A stretch of 64,000 bases of DNA from an uncultured Ruminococcus sp. (GTDB taxonomy: Bacteria > Bacillota > Clostridia > Oscillospirales > CAG-272): contig CACZNC010000016.1 of NCBI GenBank assembly GCA_902782445.1, forward strand, positions 13,295-77,294, given 5' to 3'. The notes beneath the pieces are model-generated. The model was not told where the DNA came from. It searched no databases and saw only the letters and a list, made by a program, of their open reading frames with translations. Every line of letters starts with the position of its first letter. The first letter of the stretch is position 1. The translations under genes and the position numbers were made by a program. Below are positions 35,833-48,451 of the stretch, in pieces.

Positions 35833-36465
35833 ATACGTCGGCGAGTCTATCCTCCACCCGTCCTCCGTCTCCACGAGCCAGATCTCCACGTCCACGGAGG
35901 GCTCGCCGTTCACGAAGGAGGAGAGGCGGACTTCCACGCCGGTGCTGTTCTCGCGCAGTACCGTGAGGGTGGAGGTGTCGTAGGTCCGGCCGAGGGGGAT
36001 CGAGTCCCGGCCCACGTCCACCCGCTTGGTGAGGAAGCCGTCCTGTTCGAGGTACATCGCGTAAAGGGCGGTGGTGCGGTGCTCCGTCTCCGTCCCCTCG
36101 TCGAAGACGTCGGAGATCCCGGTAAACGCCCGGTCGAAGAGGGTCTCGGCGTAGGTCTCGGTGAAGACTTCCAGAGTCGCCCTCCGGATGTCGTCCACCG
36201 TTTCGTAGCCGCAGGCCGGATCCACGGGGGTGTAGCTGATCGCCGCGATGTCCGTGTCGAAGGTCTCGTAGAACGCGCGGACGGCATTTTCGTCCCGGTT
36301 CGTCGGAAGCCCGTCCCCGAAGTAGATCTCGTTGATCTCCGCCGCCCGGGGAAGCAGATCGTCCAGCACCGGCTTTAGTTCCTCCGCCGTGTGTTTCGGC
36401 CCGGAGCAGCCGGTGAGAAGGAGGAGAAGGACGAGGAGGACGAGGAAGAAGATTCGTTTTTTCAT
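35830..36465 (-). CDS. putative lipoprotein, function unknown
   Basis: Signal peptide plus lipobox MKKRIFFLVLLVLLLLLTGC. 211 aa. Confidence 0.7.
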   Translation of the reverse strand: MKKRIFFLVLLVLLLLLTGCSGPKHTAEELKPVLDDLLPRAAEINEIYFGDGLPTNRDENAVRAFYETFDTDIAAISYTPVDPACGYETVDDIRRATLEVFTETYAETLFDRAFTGISDVFDEGTETEHRTTALYAMYLEQDGFLTKRVDVGRDSIPLGRTYDTSTLTVLRENSTGVEVRLSSFVNGEPSVDVEIWLVETEDGWRIDSPTY

Positions 36466-36807
36466 AGTTTTGAGTTTGGGTCAGAATGAAAATTGTTCGT
36501 TTCGGTATGGGGTGCGGCGCGGGATTTTCGGTTTTTTTAGTTCGGGATGACGTGCATCGCGGGATTATCGGGTTTTTATTTGGGAGCGCTTCGCTGGGAT
36601 TCAAGGGACGCGCGGGCTTGTATCGAAAACCGCTTCACTCTCTTCGCGCGCTTTTGCAGATTGCGGACATGACGAGCCGGAATATGGAGACAACCAGGCT
36701 TGATCGCCGAAGTACGGTTGAACCCGTGCGCAGAACAAGTTCTGCGGCCTCCGGCAGAAATTCAGGCGCGCATTGGAAGAGGGACAACGTGCAGTCGGTT
36801 GGGATGA

Positions 36808-36823
36808 TGTTTCACGTGAAACA
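36808..36823. promoter_or_regulatory. parS: parS-type 16-mer, perfect TGTTTCACGTGAAACA
   Basis: Exact read; R19. Confidence 0.65.
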
Positions 36824-37175
36824 ATCGTGATTTCGTTCTGTTTTTCCTGAAACGATTCTTCATTCAGGGTGATTATCCCTCGTCGTTTCGCTTCTCGCTG
36901 TCATTCTGAGGAGCCTGCGACGAAGAATCTTTGCGCTTCATTCTATAGCTGCAGTCATAGTCGGAGGATTCCCGGCGAGGATCGGACAGACCGGCCCTCT
37001 GATCTGTATTGTCTGACACTCGGAGGGGTTTGTCATGAGAACAATTTACCGACTAGAACTACGGCTTGATCTTTCCAGTGCGAAGATTCTTCGCTGACAG
37101 CACAACTGCGTTGGTGCGTCAGAATGACAACGTAGAGGCGGAACGGGATGTGCAGCGGCCGATTTTTCGGAGAAA

Positions 37176-37191
37176 TGTTTCACGTGAAACA
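37176..37191. promoter_or_regulatory. parS: parS-type 16-mer, perfect TGTTTCACGTGAAACA
   Basis: Exact read; R19. Confidence 0.65.
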
Positions 37192-37465
37192 ATGAGCCGG
37201 AAACTGCACATTGTCCCCCTTATATGCGCGCCTGAATCACCGCCGGAGGCCGCAGGATTTATCCTGCGCATGGGTTAGGCTGCACGTCGGCGATCAAGCC
37301 GGGTCAGCGCCATGTTCCGGCTCGTCCGGTTTGAACCGGAAGGGACCCGCGGGGGATCGGCCCATGATCCGGCTGAAAGTACGCGCGTCCTGCGCCTGCT
37401 CCTTTTCCCGATCATCAAACCGTCATTCCCCCGCCGGAACGAACCCCCGCCGCGGAATCCTTCAT

Positions 37466-40084
37466 TCACTCCTCCGTTTCCCCGTCCTCTCCCTCGATAT
37501 CGCCGGCAAACTCTTCCCCGCCGCCTTCGGGATCGTCGGGAACGGGATCTTCGGGAATATAATCGTCGGAAACAGGCTCTTCGGGATTCTCCGTTTCTTC
37601 CGCGCTGTCCGCCAGGGCGAAATTGACGATCTTCGCGCCCTCGCCCAGCCGCATCATGATCACGCCGGCGGTGTTCCGTCCGCGCATGGGGATGCCCTTC
37701 GCCGGGGTGCGGATGATGGTGCCCTCGTTCGTGATCATGAGCAGGTCTTCGGATTCGCGGACCGTCGCCAGGGCGCAGAGATCCCCGGTCTTCTCGCTCA
37801 GACGGTGGATGATGTTGCCCTGGATGCCGCGGCCCTTCGCCTCGAACTCCCCGGTCAGCATCCGCTTGCCGAATCCGCCCTCGGTGACGGTGACGATCCG
37901 GTTTTCCGCCTCCCATTCCGGGTCGTTTTCCAGAACGCAGGCGCCGGCCACCTCGTCCCCTTCCCGGAGGGAGATCGCCTTGACGCCCCGGCCCGTCCGC
38001 CCGATCACCGTGACGAGTTTTTCATGGAACCGCGCCGCGAGCCCCTTCTTCGTCGCCACGAGGATGTCGCTCTCCCCGTGGGTCAGGGCCACGTAGATGA
38101 GGGAATCCCCCTCGTCCAGACTCAAGGCGATCTTGCCGCCCTTGCGCTGGATGCGGAAATCGGAAAGCCTCGTGCGCTTGACGACGCCCCGGCGGGTGAC
38201 CATCGCGAGGTAGTTCCGCTCTTCGCTCTCGTTTTCGGGGACCGCTTCCAGATCCGGCACCGAGAGCATCGCCGTGATCTTCTCGTCCCGGCCGACCTCG
38301 ATGAGGTTCACGATGTGGGAGCCCTTCGCGGTCCTTCCGGCCTCCGGAACCCGGTACGCCTTGATCGCGTAGACCCGGCCCTCGGTGGTGAACAGCATGA
38401 GCCAGGAGTGGGAATCCGCCACGGCGACCCGCTCGATGTAGTCCTCTTCCTTCGTCGCCATGCCGATGACGCCCCGCCCGCCGCGCTTCTGGGCCGCGTA
38501 GACGTCGGAGGGCTGCCGCTTGATATAGCCCTCGTGGGTGAGGGTGATGACCGCGCTGTGCCGCTCGATCAGGTCCTCGAGGACGATCTCGTTCTCCGCC
38601 TCCTCGATGGTGGTCCGGCGGGGATCCGCGTATTTTTCCTTGATCTCGGTGAGCTCCTGCCGCACGATGTCCTTGATCTTCTCCTCGTCCCCGAGGATGG
38701 CCCGGAACTCGCCGATGGCCCTGTACAGTTCCGCCAGACGGGACTCCACCTTCTGCCTTTCGAGACCGGAGAGACGCCCGAGGGTCATCTGCACGATGGC
38801 CTGGGTCTGCTCGTCCGACAAAGAGAACCGTTCCTTCAGCCGTTCCCGCGCCGCCGGGGTGTCCGGGGAGGAGCGGATGATGGAGATCACCTCGTCGATG
38901 TTGTCGATGGCGATCTTGTAGCCCTCGTTGATGTGGGCCTCGTGGAGTGCCTTTTCCAGATCGAACTTGACCCGGTTGATGATCACCTGCTCCTGATGGT
39001 TGATGTACACCCGCAGGGCCTGGCGGAGATTCAGAATCTTCGGCTCGTTGTTCACCAGCGCCAGCATGATGACGGAGCAGGTGGATTCGAGCTCGGTGTA
39101 CTTATAGAACTGATTCAGGATGATCTGCCCGTTCGCGGATTTTTTGTACTCCACGACGATGCGCATCCCCTTCTGGTCGCTCTCGTCCCGGATCTCGGTG
39201 ACGCCCTCGATGCGCTTTTCGTTGACGTGGGCGGCCATGTTCTTGAGAAGCTCGGATTTCTGGACCATGTAGGGGATCTCGGTGATGATGATCCGGCATT
39301 CCTCCTCCTCGACCTCCGCCTTCGCCCGCACTGTGATCCGTCCGCGCCCGGTGGAGTAGGCCTCGTAGATCCCGGCCGTCCCGTGGATCCCGGCACCCGT
39401 CGGGAAATCGGGTCCCTTGATGAACTGCATGAGCTCCCGCGCCCCGGCGTCCGGATGGTCCATCAGATAGATCGTGCCGTCGATCACCTCGCCGAGGTTG
39501 TGGGGCGGGATGTTCGTCGCCATGCCGACCGCGATGCCCACCGCGCCGTTGACGAGCAGATTCGGGAACCGGCTCGGCAGGACCGTGGGCTCCCGGCGGG
39601 TGTTGTCAAAGTTCATGTCCCACGGCACGGTCTCCTTGTCGATGTCGCGCAGCATTTCGTTGGCGATCCGGGAGAGACGCGCTTCGGTGTACCGGTAGGC
39701 CGCGGGGGTGTCGCCGTCGATGTTGCCGAAATTGCCGTGTCCGTCCACGAGGGGCGCGCGGTAGGAAAAGTCCTGGGCCATGCGGACCATCGTATAGTAG
39801 ACGGAGGTGTCTCCGTGGGGATGGTAGCGGCCGAGCACGTTGCCGACGGTGGTCGCGGACTTGCGGAAGGGCTTGTCGTAGGTGAGGTTGTCCTCCCACA
39901 TCGCGTAGAGCACGCGCCTCTGACCGGGCTTCATGCCGTCCCGGGCATCCGGCAGCGCGCGGGAGACGATGACCGACATGGAGTATTCGATGAAGGACTT
40001 CCTGATCGACTGCTCCATGTTCACCGGCACGATCTTCTGATCCGGGAATTCAATGTTCTGTTCTTCTCTGGGATGCTTCGCCAT
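37466..40084 (-). CDS. gyrA: DNA gyrase subunit A
   Basis: 872 aa. ...[19 protein letters not shown]...[22 protein letters not shown]..., beta-pinwheel CTD and an acidic C-terminal tail. Confidence 0.97.
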   Translation of the reverse strand: MAKHPREEQNIEFPDQKIVPVNMEQSIRKSFIEYSMSVIVSRALPDARDGMKPGQRRVLYAMWEDNLTYDKPFRKSATTVGNVLGRYHPHGDTSVYYTMVRMAQDFSYRAPLVDGHGNFGNIDGDTPAAYRYTEARLSRIANEMLRDIDKETVPWDMNFDNTRREPTVLPSRFPNLLVNGAVGIAVGMATNIPPHNLGEVIDGTIYLMDHPDAGARELMQFIKGPDFPTGAGIHGTAGIYEAYSTGRGRITVRAKAEVEEEECRIIITEIPYMVQKSELLKNMAAHVNEKRIEGVTEIRDESDQKGMRIVVEYKKSANGQIILNQFYKYTELESTCSVIMLALVNNEPKILNLRQALRVYINHQEQVIINRVKFDLEKALHEAHINEGYKIAIDNIDEVISIIRSSPDTPAARERLKERFSLSDEQTQAIVQMTLGRLSGLERQKVESRLAELYRAIGEFRAILGDEEKIKDIVRQELTEIKEKYADPRRTTIEEAENEIVLEDLIERHSAVITLTHEGYIKRQPSDVYAAQKRGGRGVIGMATKEEDYIERVAVADSHSWLMLFTTEGRVYAIKAYRVPEAGRTAKGSHIVNLIEVGRDEKITAMLSVPDLEAVPENESEERNYLAMVTRRGVVKRTRLSDFRIQRKGGKIALSLDEGDSLIYVALTHGESDILVATKKGLAARFHEKLVTVIGRTGRGVKAISLREGDEVAGACVLENDPEWEAENRIVTVTEGGFGKRMLTGEFEAKGRGIQGNIIHRLSEKTGDLCALATVRESEDLLMITNEGTIIRTPAKGIPMRGRNTAGVIMMRLGEGAKIVNFALADSAEETENPEEPVSDDYIPEDPVPDDPEGGGEEFAGDIEGEDGETEE

Positions 40085-40681
40085 GATCTTAGTTTAATCT
40101 CCTTCTGCTTAACGAGACGAAAGCCTCCGCCTTTCAAAACCAGCCATGACGGGCATTCCGGTGACTGCGTCGACCGATCCGTCGGCGGAGGAGGGTTTGT
40201 CCATCCCTTCACGAAGGGAAATAAGGTATGAAACGCTACGCGTTTCGGATTTAATGTCCCTGCGCGGGACGGGCGCCGGGAGGGACCATCTCAGGCCGAA
40301 GGCCCCTCCCGAGGGTCCCTTGGCCGTATGGCATAACTGTACAGCTCGTTCCGGAATCGAAATTCGACTGTATATCCCACGGTCCTCGCGCGGTCTTTGT
40401 TCGTACAGCTTAACCCGTGCACGGAACAAGTTCCGTGGGCTTCGCCGGCGTTTCAGGCGCGCATTGGGCACAGGGACGCGCGATTTTGAAGCTGAAACTG
40501 TTTCTCAGTCCTCGCGCACGGTTTTAGATTCAGAGGGACGTGCAGCCCGAACCGCGCGAACAAAAATCTGTTTGGGTGGAACATGGAGTTTTGGCGGCGA
40601 ATGTTTCACGTGAAACATCAGTCAATTCCTAACTCCTAACTCGTCCTCTGCTAGCCGCTAGCCGCTTCCAACTAGCAACTA
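40085..40681. repeat. R20 mosaic element: G(+) - parS - arm
   Basis: Between the gyrA start and the PfkB kinase stop. Confidence 0.8.
40602..40617. promoter_or_regulatory. parS: parS-type 16-mer, perfect TGTTTCACGTGAAACA
   Basis: Exact read; R20. Confidence 0.65.
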
Positions 40682-41566
40682 ATTTCCCGCCACGTATTCT
40701 CCCGCAATGCTCATCGCGTATTCGACGGCTTCTTCGAAGATCGGTGCTTCGCGGACGGCGCTTGCGTAGAGATACGCGCCGAGGAAGGTGTCGCCCGCGC
40801 CTTTGAGACGGACCACCGGGCGTTTCACGGTCTCCATGAAGAAGGTCTGCCCGTCGTCCTTGACGAGGCATCCGTCCCCGGCGAGGGTCGTGATCACCGT
40901 CGGGACCCCGAGGCTTTCGATTGCCCGGAAGAGGGATCCTTTGTCCGTGCCGCAGCCGCAGAGGGCCGCCAGTTCCTCCCGGTTCGGCTTGATGAGGTCG
41001 GGCTTCACGGGGGCGTTCACAGCGATCTTTAAGGCCTCCCCGTCGCAGTCGAGGGCGACCGACGCGCCTTTTTCCTTGATTTTCGCGACAAGCTCCGCGG
41101 GATAGGACTTCGGCACGTCGGAGGGGCAGCTTCCGGCGATCACGACCCAGTCCCCCGGTCCGATCTGCGCCAGGACCCCCGTTTCGATCTCCGGGAGCTT
41201 GTCCCCCACGGGCGTTCCCGGCGCGTTGATTTCGGTGGTGCCGCCGTCCTCCGCGATCAGGGACACGTTGACCCGGGTGGAGCCTTCGATTTCGACAAAA
41301 TGATAGGTCCAGATCCCCTCGTCCTCGAGGATCTTCCGGAAGGTCTCCCCGGTCGCGCCCCCCACGGGAGCCACGGGCCGGAGCTTGAAGGGGAACCGGT
41401 CCCCGTCCCGCTTCGCGCAGTTCAAAATCGCCCGGGTCACATTGATCCCCTTCCCCCCCGCCGAAACGGTATGGGAAGCAGCCCGGTTCAGCGACCCCGG
41501 AACGAGGGAGGAAACCCGGTATTCGACGTCCAGAGCCGGGGAAAGGGTTAAGGTTACGATCAGCAT
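40679..41566 (-). CDS. PfkB-family sugar kinase (1-phosphofructokinase / tagatose-6-phosphate kinase-like)
   Basis: MLIVTLTLSPALDVEYRV... and a C-terminal GAGDTFLGAYLYA motif. Confidence 0.8.
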   Translation of the reverse strand: MLIVTLTLSPALDVEYRVSSLVPGSLNRAASHTVSAGGKGINVTRAILNCAKRDGDRFPFKLRPVAPVGGATGETFRKILEDEGIWTYHFVEIEGSTRVNVSLIAEDGGTTEINAPGTPVGDKLPEIETGVLAQIGPGDWVVIAGSCPSDVPKSYPAELVAKIKEKGASVALDCDGEALKIAVNAPVKPDLIKPNREELAALCGCGTDKGSLFRAIESLGVPTVITTLAGDGCLVKDDGQTFFMETVKRPVVRLKGAGDTFLGAYLYASAVREAPIFEEAVEYAMSIAGEYVAGN

Positions 41567-42362
41567 AAGAACCTCCGTGTAGAGTTGGAAATACGAAACC
41601 GGGATTTCGTTTCGGCCTGGGATTTTCGTTTTTCGGATGGGAACGCTTCGCTGGGATTCGGGTGACGCGCGACCTTAAAGCCGAAACAGAGAGCAATCCC
41701 CGCGCGCTTGAACCGATTGCGGATTTGACAAGTCGAACATGGCGTCAACCCCGCGCGGTCTGTGTTCGGACAGCTGAAACATGCGCAGGATAAATCCTGC
41801 GGCCTTGCGGCGGTGATTCTGTCGCGCATATAAAGGGGACAATGTACAGTCTTTCTTGCCGATTGTTTCACGTGAAACATTAGAACGCCCAAACTCCATG
41901 TTTAGGCTAAACAGATTTTCGATCGCGCCGTTCTGCCTGCACGTCTGTCTGAATCTGAGCATATGCGCGAGGAAGAAGAAACTATTTCAGCTTCCCGTCC
42001 GCGCGTCCTGTGCCCAATGCGCGCCTGAATCTCCGCCGGAGGCCGCAGACTTGTCTGCGCATGTTTCAACTGCACGAACAGAGACCGCGCGAGGACGTGG
42101 GATGCAGAATCGAATTTCGATTCCGGGACGAGCTGTAAGTTTATGCCATACGGCCAAGGGACCCTCGGGAGGGGCCTTCGGCCTGAGATGGTCCCTCCCG
42201 GCGCCCGTCCCGCGCAGGGACATAAATTCTGAAAGGCGTAGCCTTTCATTCCTTAAATACCTTCCGTGAAGGTATGAACATCCTCCTCCGCCGACGGACA
42301 GGAATGTCCGTCGTTGCTGATTCAGAAAGGCGGAGTCTTTCGTCCCGGGTTTGGGTGGCGGG
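41567..42362. repeat. R21 mosaic element: F(-) - parS - G(-)
   Basis: One hub with one F arm and one G arm. Between the kinase start and the gyrB stop. Confidence 0.8.
41864..41879. promoter_or_regulatory. parS: parS-type 16-mer, perfect TGTTTCACGTGAAACA
   Basis: Exact read; R21. Confidence 0.65.
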
Positions 42363-44639
<2,277 letters not shown>

Positions 44640-44683
44640 TTAGTAGTCGAAAGCGGCTAGCAGCTAGAAGAACCGTTCTCCGT

Positions 44684-44699
44684 TGTTTCACGTAAAACA
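44684..44699. promoter_or_regulatory. parS: parS-like variant TGTTTCACGTAAAACA (1 mismatch)
   Basis: Exact read; R22. Confidence 0.45.
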
Positions 44700-44931
44700 T
44701 TCGTGATTTCGGTCTGTTTTTCCTGAAACGATTCTTCATTCAGGCCGAAACCCGTCCGTCGCCGCTTTTCTTTGTCATTCTGAGGAGCCTGCGACGAAGA
44801 ATCTCCGCACGCGGAGGATGGGTTGGCCTTGAAGCTGGGAGATTCTTCGCTGACAGCACAACTGCGTTGGTGCGTCAGAATGACAAGCTGGAGGCGGAAC
44901 GGGACGTGCATCGGCCGATATTTCGGAGGAA

Positions 44932-44947
44932 AGTTTCACGTGAAACA
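44932..44947. promoter_or_regulatory. parS: parS-like variant AGTTTCACGTGAAACA (1 mismatch)
   Basis: Exact read; R22. Confidence 0.5.
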
Positions 44948-45020
44948 ATTCTTCATTCATCATTCTGAATTCTGAATTTCACTCCTAACTCGTTGTCTAC
45001 TAGCCACTAACCACTTTCCG

Positions 45021-45257
45021 CTAACGACTAATTCTCCCTACGACCGCCGCGGTGGAGATATGCGTGAAGATCACCCCGTCGTCGGTGAGGATGAAGGTCC
45101 GGGGAAGGTCGTCCCCCGCGCTGGATGTGACGCCGCGCTTTTCCGCGGACTTGAGAAAATCCCGGTTCACGCGGGAATCCGTGTGGCCGTCCATGTCGAA
45201 GCATCCGAGGATCGAGGAAGCCCGGACAAGACGCCCCGCGCCGATGTGCAAGTACAT
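45021..45257 (-). CDS. remB: DUF370 / RemB (YaaB)-like small protein
   Basis: MYLHIGAGRLVRASSILGCFDMD... Located between dnaN and gyrB, as yaaB/remB is in Bacillus. The last codons (RISR*) are encoded by a repeat arm. Confidence 0.7.
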   Translation of the reverse strand: MYLHIGAGRLVRASSILGCFDMDGHTDSRVNRDFLKSAEKRGVTSSAGDDLPRTFILTDDGVIFTHISTAAVVGRISR

Positions 45258-45289
45258 TGGTTAAGTCCTTTGTTTGGCGATAATCGTCA

Positions 45290-45486
45290 GTAAGCGGCTA
45301 GTAGGCCAGTGGCTAGCAGTCAGTAGAACGGGGAAGTGAATCGTGATGATGAGGGCGGAATCGCTGTTTCACGTGAAACAATCCGCTTCCGAATCGAGCC
45401 CGGAGAACGGCGTTCCTCACTCCTCACTCCTAACTCCTCACTCGTCTCTACTAACCTCTAGCCTCTTCCAACTAGCAACTAAATCA
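45290..45486. repeat. R23 minimal element: arm - parS - arm
   Basis: Between the remB-like gene and dnaN. Confidence 0.75.
45365..45380. promoter_or_regulatory. parS: parS-type 16-mer, perfect TGTTTCACGTGAAACA
   Basis: Exact read; R23. Confidence 0.65.
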
Positions 45487-46764
45487 GTTATTCATTCTAA
45501 TGGGCATGACGAAGAACATAAACATGTCCTCGCGGTATTCTCTTTCCGACTGGGGGACGGGGGATTCAGGGCTATTGCCCAGGCGCTCGCCATAGACTTC
45601 GGGGTCGGGCTTCGCGTCGAGGAAGGTGGTCCCCTCCGCCGGTTCGATGACCGCGCCCATGCCGGGGGTGTTCAGCCGGATCCGCAGGCGGTCGCAGTCC
45701 GAGGGGCAGGCTTTCAGGGCTTCGAGGAGGTAGCGGCAGTTGAAGCCGATGGAGAGGTCCGCGCCGTCGATGGCAGCCGGGATCCGCTCGAACACCGACC
45801 CGCCGGCGGACACGGAGGACATGGAGACTTCCTTCCCCTTGAAATCCAGCTTCACGTAGGACCGCCCGTTCCCGCCGAGCTTGTCTTCGGTGACGATGGA
45901 CGCGCGTTCCACCGCCCCGAGCAGTTCCGCCCTTGAGACGAAGGCCTGAGTCATGTAGGTGGAGGGGAGGAGCCGTTCGTAGGCCATGTATTCCGCGTCG
46001 AGCATCCGGGTGAAGTAGTAGGTCCCGTCCACCCGGAAGACGATGTTCTTGCGGCCGATGATGAGTTCCGCGTCGTCCTCGGTGTCCCGGAGCATCTTCT
46101 GCAGTTCCCCGAGGAATCTGCCCGGGATGATCATTTCGCTCCGGTCGCCGTTTTCGGAGGAGGTGACTTCGCACTTCGCGGCGGAAAGGCGGTTCCCGTC
46201 GCATCCCACTGCCGTGAGCCAGCCCTCCCGGATGCGGAAGAGCCCGCCGTTGAAGGACACCCGCTGGTCGTTCTGGGCCACGGAGAAGACGGTCTCGGAG
46301 ATCAGGGCCTTCAGTTTGCGCTGGGGGACGAGGCATCTGCTCTCACCGACGAAGCGGGGCATGGAGGGGAAATCCTCGCCGGGAGCAGCGGTGATGGAGA
46401 ATTCCGAGAAGCCGCCCCGGACGGAGACCTTGCCCCGGTCGCCGATCTCGAGGGTGATCTCGCCGGAGGGGAGGGAGCGGACGATCTGCAGGATCTTGAC
46501 GGTGTTGATGACGTAGAGGCCCTCCTCCTCGATTTTGCAGGGGACGAGGGTGCGGAGCCCTTTTTCGAGGTCGAAGGCGGAGATGCGGCAGAGATCCCCG
46601 TCGATGCCTTCGCCGTCGTGTTCGCCGAGCTCGCCGAAGCGGGGATTCGGGGGACACTCGAAGAGGATGCCGTCGACGGACGCCATCGTGTTTTTGGTCT
46701 GCGCGACGGACACCGCGGGCGTGATCGCCGCCAGCAGGTCTTCGCGGTTGAAGGTGACTTTCAT
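45484..46764 (-). CDS. dnaN: DNA polymerase III beta sliding clamp
   Basis: 426 aa. MKVTFNREDLLAAITPAVSVAQTKNTM... ends ...FFVMPIRMNN. Downstream of dnaA-oriC. Confidence 0.93.
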   Translation of the reverse strand: MKVTFNREDLLAAITPAVSVAQTKNTMASVDGILFECPPNPRFGELGEHDGEGIDGDLCRISAFDLEKGLRTLVPCKIEEEGLYVINTVKILQIVRSLPSGEITLEIGDRGKVSVRGGFSEFSITAAPGEDFPSMPRFVGESRCLVPQRKLKALISETVFSVAQNDQRVSFNGGLFRIREGWLTAVGCDGNRLSAAKCEVTSSENGDRSEMIIPGRFLGELQKMLRDTEDDAELIIGRKNIVFRVDGTYYFTRMLDAEYMAYERLLPSTYMTQAFVSRAELLGAVERASIVTEDKLGGNGRSYVKLDFKGKEVSMSSVSAGGSVFERIPAAIDGADLSIGFNCRYLLEALKACPSDCDRLRIRLNTPGMGAVIEPAEGTTFLDAKPDPEVYGERLGNSPESPVPQSEREYREDMFMFFVMPIRMNN

Positions 46765-47151
46765 GTATGTTCTCCTTGGTTATGGTTCGTTGTCATGGGA
46801 GATTGAGAATGTATCTGAATTTCTCTCCCGGGGTTTTGGGGTGTGCGGGATTTGCGGTTTATATGATGGGAGCGCTTCGGTCCGGTTCGGGATGACGTGC
46901 GGTGCGGAATTATCGTTTTTTTATATGGGAGCGCTTCGCTGGGATGGAAGGGGTCGCGCGGACTTGAAGCCATAAAATGGAGCGATCCTCGCGGGATTCT
47001 TCAAATTCAAGCCGGACGAGCCTGATAGGGGAGGCAACCCCGCGCGGTCTCTGTTTTTGAAGCTGAAACATGCTCGGAGCAAGCTCCTCGGCCTTGCGGC
47101 GGTGATTCAGTCGCGCATGGAAGAGGGACAATGTATAGGCGGTCGGGATGA

Positions 47152-47167
47152 TGTTTCACGTGAAACA
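47152..47167. promoter_or_regulatory. parS: parS-type 16-mer, perfect TGTTTCACGTGAAACA
   Basis: Exact read; R24, dnaN side of oriC. Confidence 0.65.
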
Positions 47168-47381
47168 ATCGTGATTTCGTTCTGTTTTTCCTGAAACGAT
47201 TCTTTATTTTGGACGGCTGTCCCCCATCGTTCCGCTTCTCGTTGTCATTCTGAGGAGCCTGCGACGAAGAATCTCCGCACGTGAAGGATGGGTTGGCCTT
47301 GAAGCTGGGAGATTCTTCGCTGACAGCACAACTGCGTTGGAATGGGACGTGCAGCGTCCGATCTGACGGGAACGGCCCGCA

Positions 47382-47397
47382 TGTTTCACGTGAAACA
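47382..47397. promoter_or_regulatory. parS: parS-type 16-mer, perfect TGTTTCACGTGAAACA
   Basis: Exact read; R24. Confidence 0.65.
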
Positions 47398-48086
47398 TCC
47401 AGTCTTTCTCTTCACGTTGTCCCCTTTCCATGCGCGCCTGAATCTCTGCCGTAGGCCGCCGCATTGGCATATCGTTGTGCTATTCTTTTCGTGCATCCAG
47501 CCAATGCTGCAGACCGCGCGAGGTCAGCTTCATGTTCCGGCTCGTTCGGTCTGAATCGGAAACGACGCGCGGGGATTGCTCTGCGGCCCGGCTGAAAGTA
47601 CGCGCGTCCTGCGCCCAATCCTTTTCCGACTCATAAACCGAAAAATCCAAGTCGAATCGAAATCCCGCCCCGGACCTGACCCTCTGCTCCTCATTTTCTC
47701 CCTTCCGCGCGCAAGAGAATAGAAGAGAACAGATAAGATTAGATAAGAACAGCAGCAGGAGCAGTAGGCCCTGTGGGTCTTTGGGAAAACTCCGGGGGCT
47801 TTGCCGCCTGGCAGTTGACGGCAATTTCCGGTTCTCTCTGATAATTTTTCCTACATCAATTATAGCCGGACAGTCCGGCGTTCATGCGCGATTGTCTCCC
47901 GCCTGCCGGTTTTTTCCAGTTCCTGTGCCTTCCGGGGTGGGGAAATCCCTCCGGCTTTTTGGGAAAACCGCGGGGATCGGAGGCGTTTTCCTCTCCCGGA
48001 CCGACCCTTTCGGCGTCGAAATTCCGGTTTTCCGGGGCCCCGGGAGCGTCCGTTTTTCCACTCCCCGCCTGCGGAAACCTCCGGGC

Positions 48087-48095
48087 TGTGGAAAG
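48087..48095 (-). promoter_or_regulatory. DnaA box (TGTGGAAAG)
   Basis: Complement is CTTTCCACA, 7/9 to TTATCCACA. Confidence 0.5.
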
Positions 48096-48237
48096 AGGCG
48101 GTTCCCTTTTGCCGGGATTTTTCCGTGGACACCCTGCCCTTCCGGGTTTCTCCCCCCGGGACGTCGGACGCGCGGTCCTGCGGAGCTCCGATCAGTCCGG
48201 ATCCGGTTTTCGGATTTCCCGCCGGGTTTTCCGGGGG

Positions 48238-48246
48238 TTTTCCACA
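48238..48246 (+). promoter_or_regulatory. DnaA box (TTTTCCACA)
   Basis: 8/9 to TTATCCACA. Confidence 0.65.
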
Positions 48247-48353
48247 GGATTCGGGGCGGTTTTTCCGGGGGCGGGGAGGAAATCCGGGTTTTCGGCGTGC
48301 CGAGGGAGCCGTTTTCCGTTGGTTTTGCGTCAAGCGGGGGTGGAAAGCTCTGG

Positions 48354-48362
48354 TTTTCCACA
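48354..48362 (+). promoter_or_regulatory. DnaA box (TTTTCCACA)
   Basis: 8/9 match. Forms an inverted pair with the box at 48379, 16 bp away. Confidence 0.65.
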
Positions 48363-48378
48363 GAAGTTTTCCCCTGAT

Positions 48379-48387
48379 TGTGGAAAA
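48379..48387 (-). promoter_or_regulatory. DnaA box (TGTGGAAAA)
   Basis: Complement of TTTTCCACA, 8/9. Confidence 0.65.
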
Positions 48388-48442
48388 GTCCGAGGTGTTT
48401 TTTGCCCCGTTTTTCCGTCCGGATTTCGGCTTTGGGCACCGG

Positions 48443-48451
48443 TGTGGAAAA
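48443..48451 (-). promoter_or_regulatory. DnaA box (TGTGGAAAA)
   Basis: Complement of TTTTCCACA, 8/9. Confidence 0.65.

Larger units (their letters stand above)
36466..37465. repeat. R19 full composite: F(-) - parS - E(+, variant apex) - parS - F(+), ~1.0 kb
   Basis: Same plan as R09. The E apical loop is replaced by ~150 bp of unique, lower-GC sequence (about 36920-37075). Confidence 0.85.
46765..47700. repeat. R24 full composite: F(-) - parS - E(+) - parS - F(+), flanks oriC on the dnaN side
   Basis: The F(-) distal end carries a tandem duplication of the ATGGGAGCGCTTCG...GGGATGACGTGCGGTGC sub-unit. Confidence 0.85.

Noticed and set aside
37211-40231. Very long antisense ORFs opposite real genes, for example 37211-40231(+), 42351-44570(+), 4370-6034(-), 6378-7556(-), 15816-17447(-), 18040-20088(+) and 62010-63725(+).
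   Set aside because: These are typical high-GC shadow ORFs. Their products are Arg/Gly/Pro/Asp-rich with no recognisable domains, while the opposite strand encodes unmistakable GyrA, GyrB, BY-kinase, LCP, ComM and other proteins.
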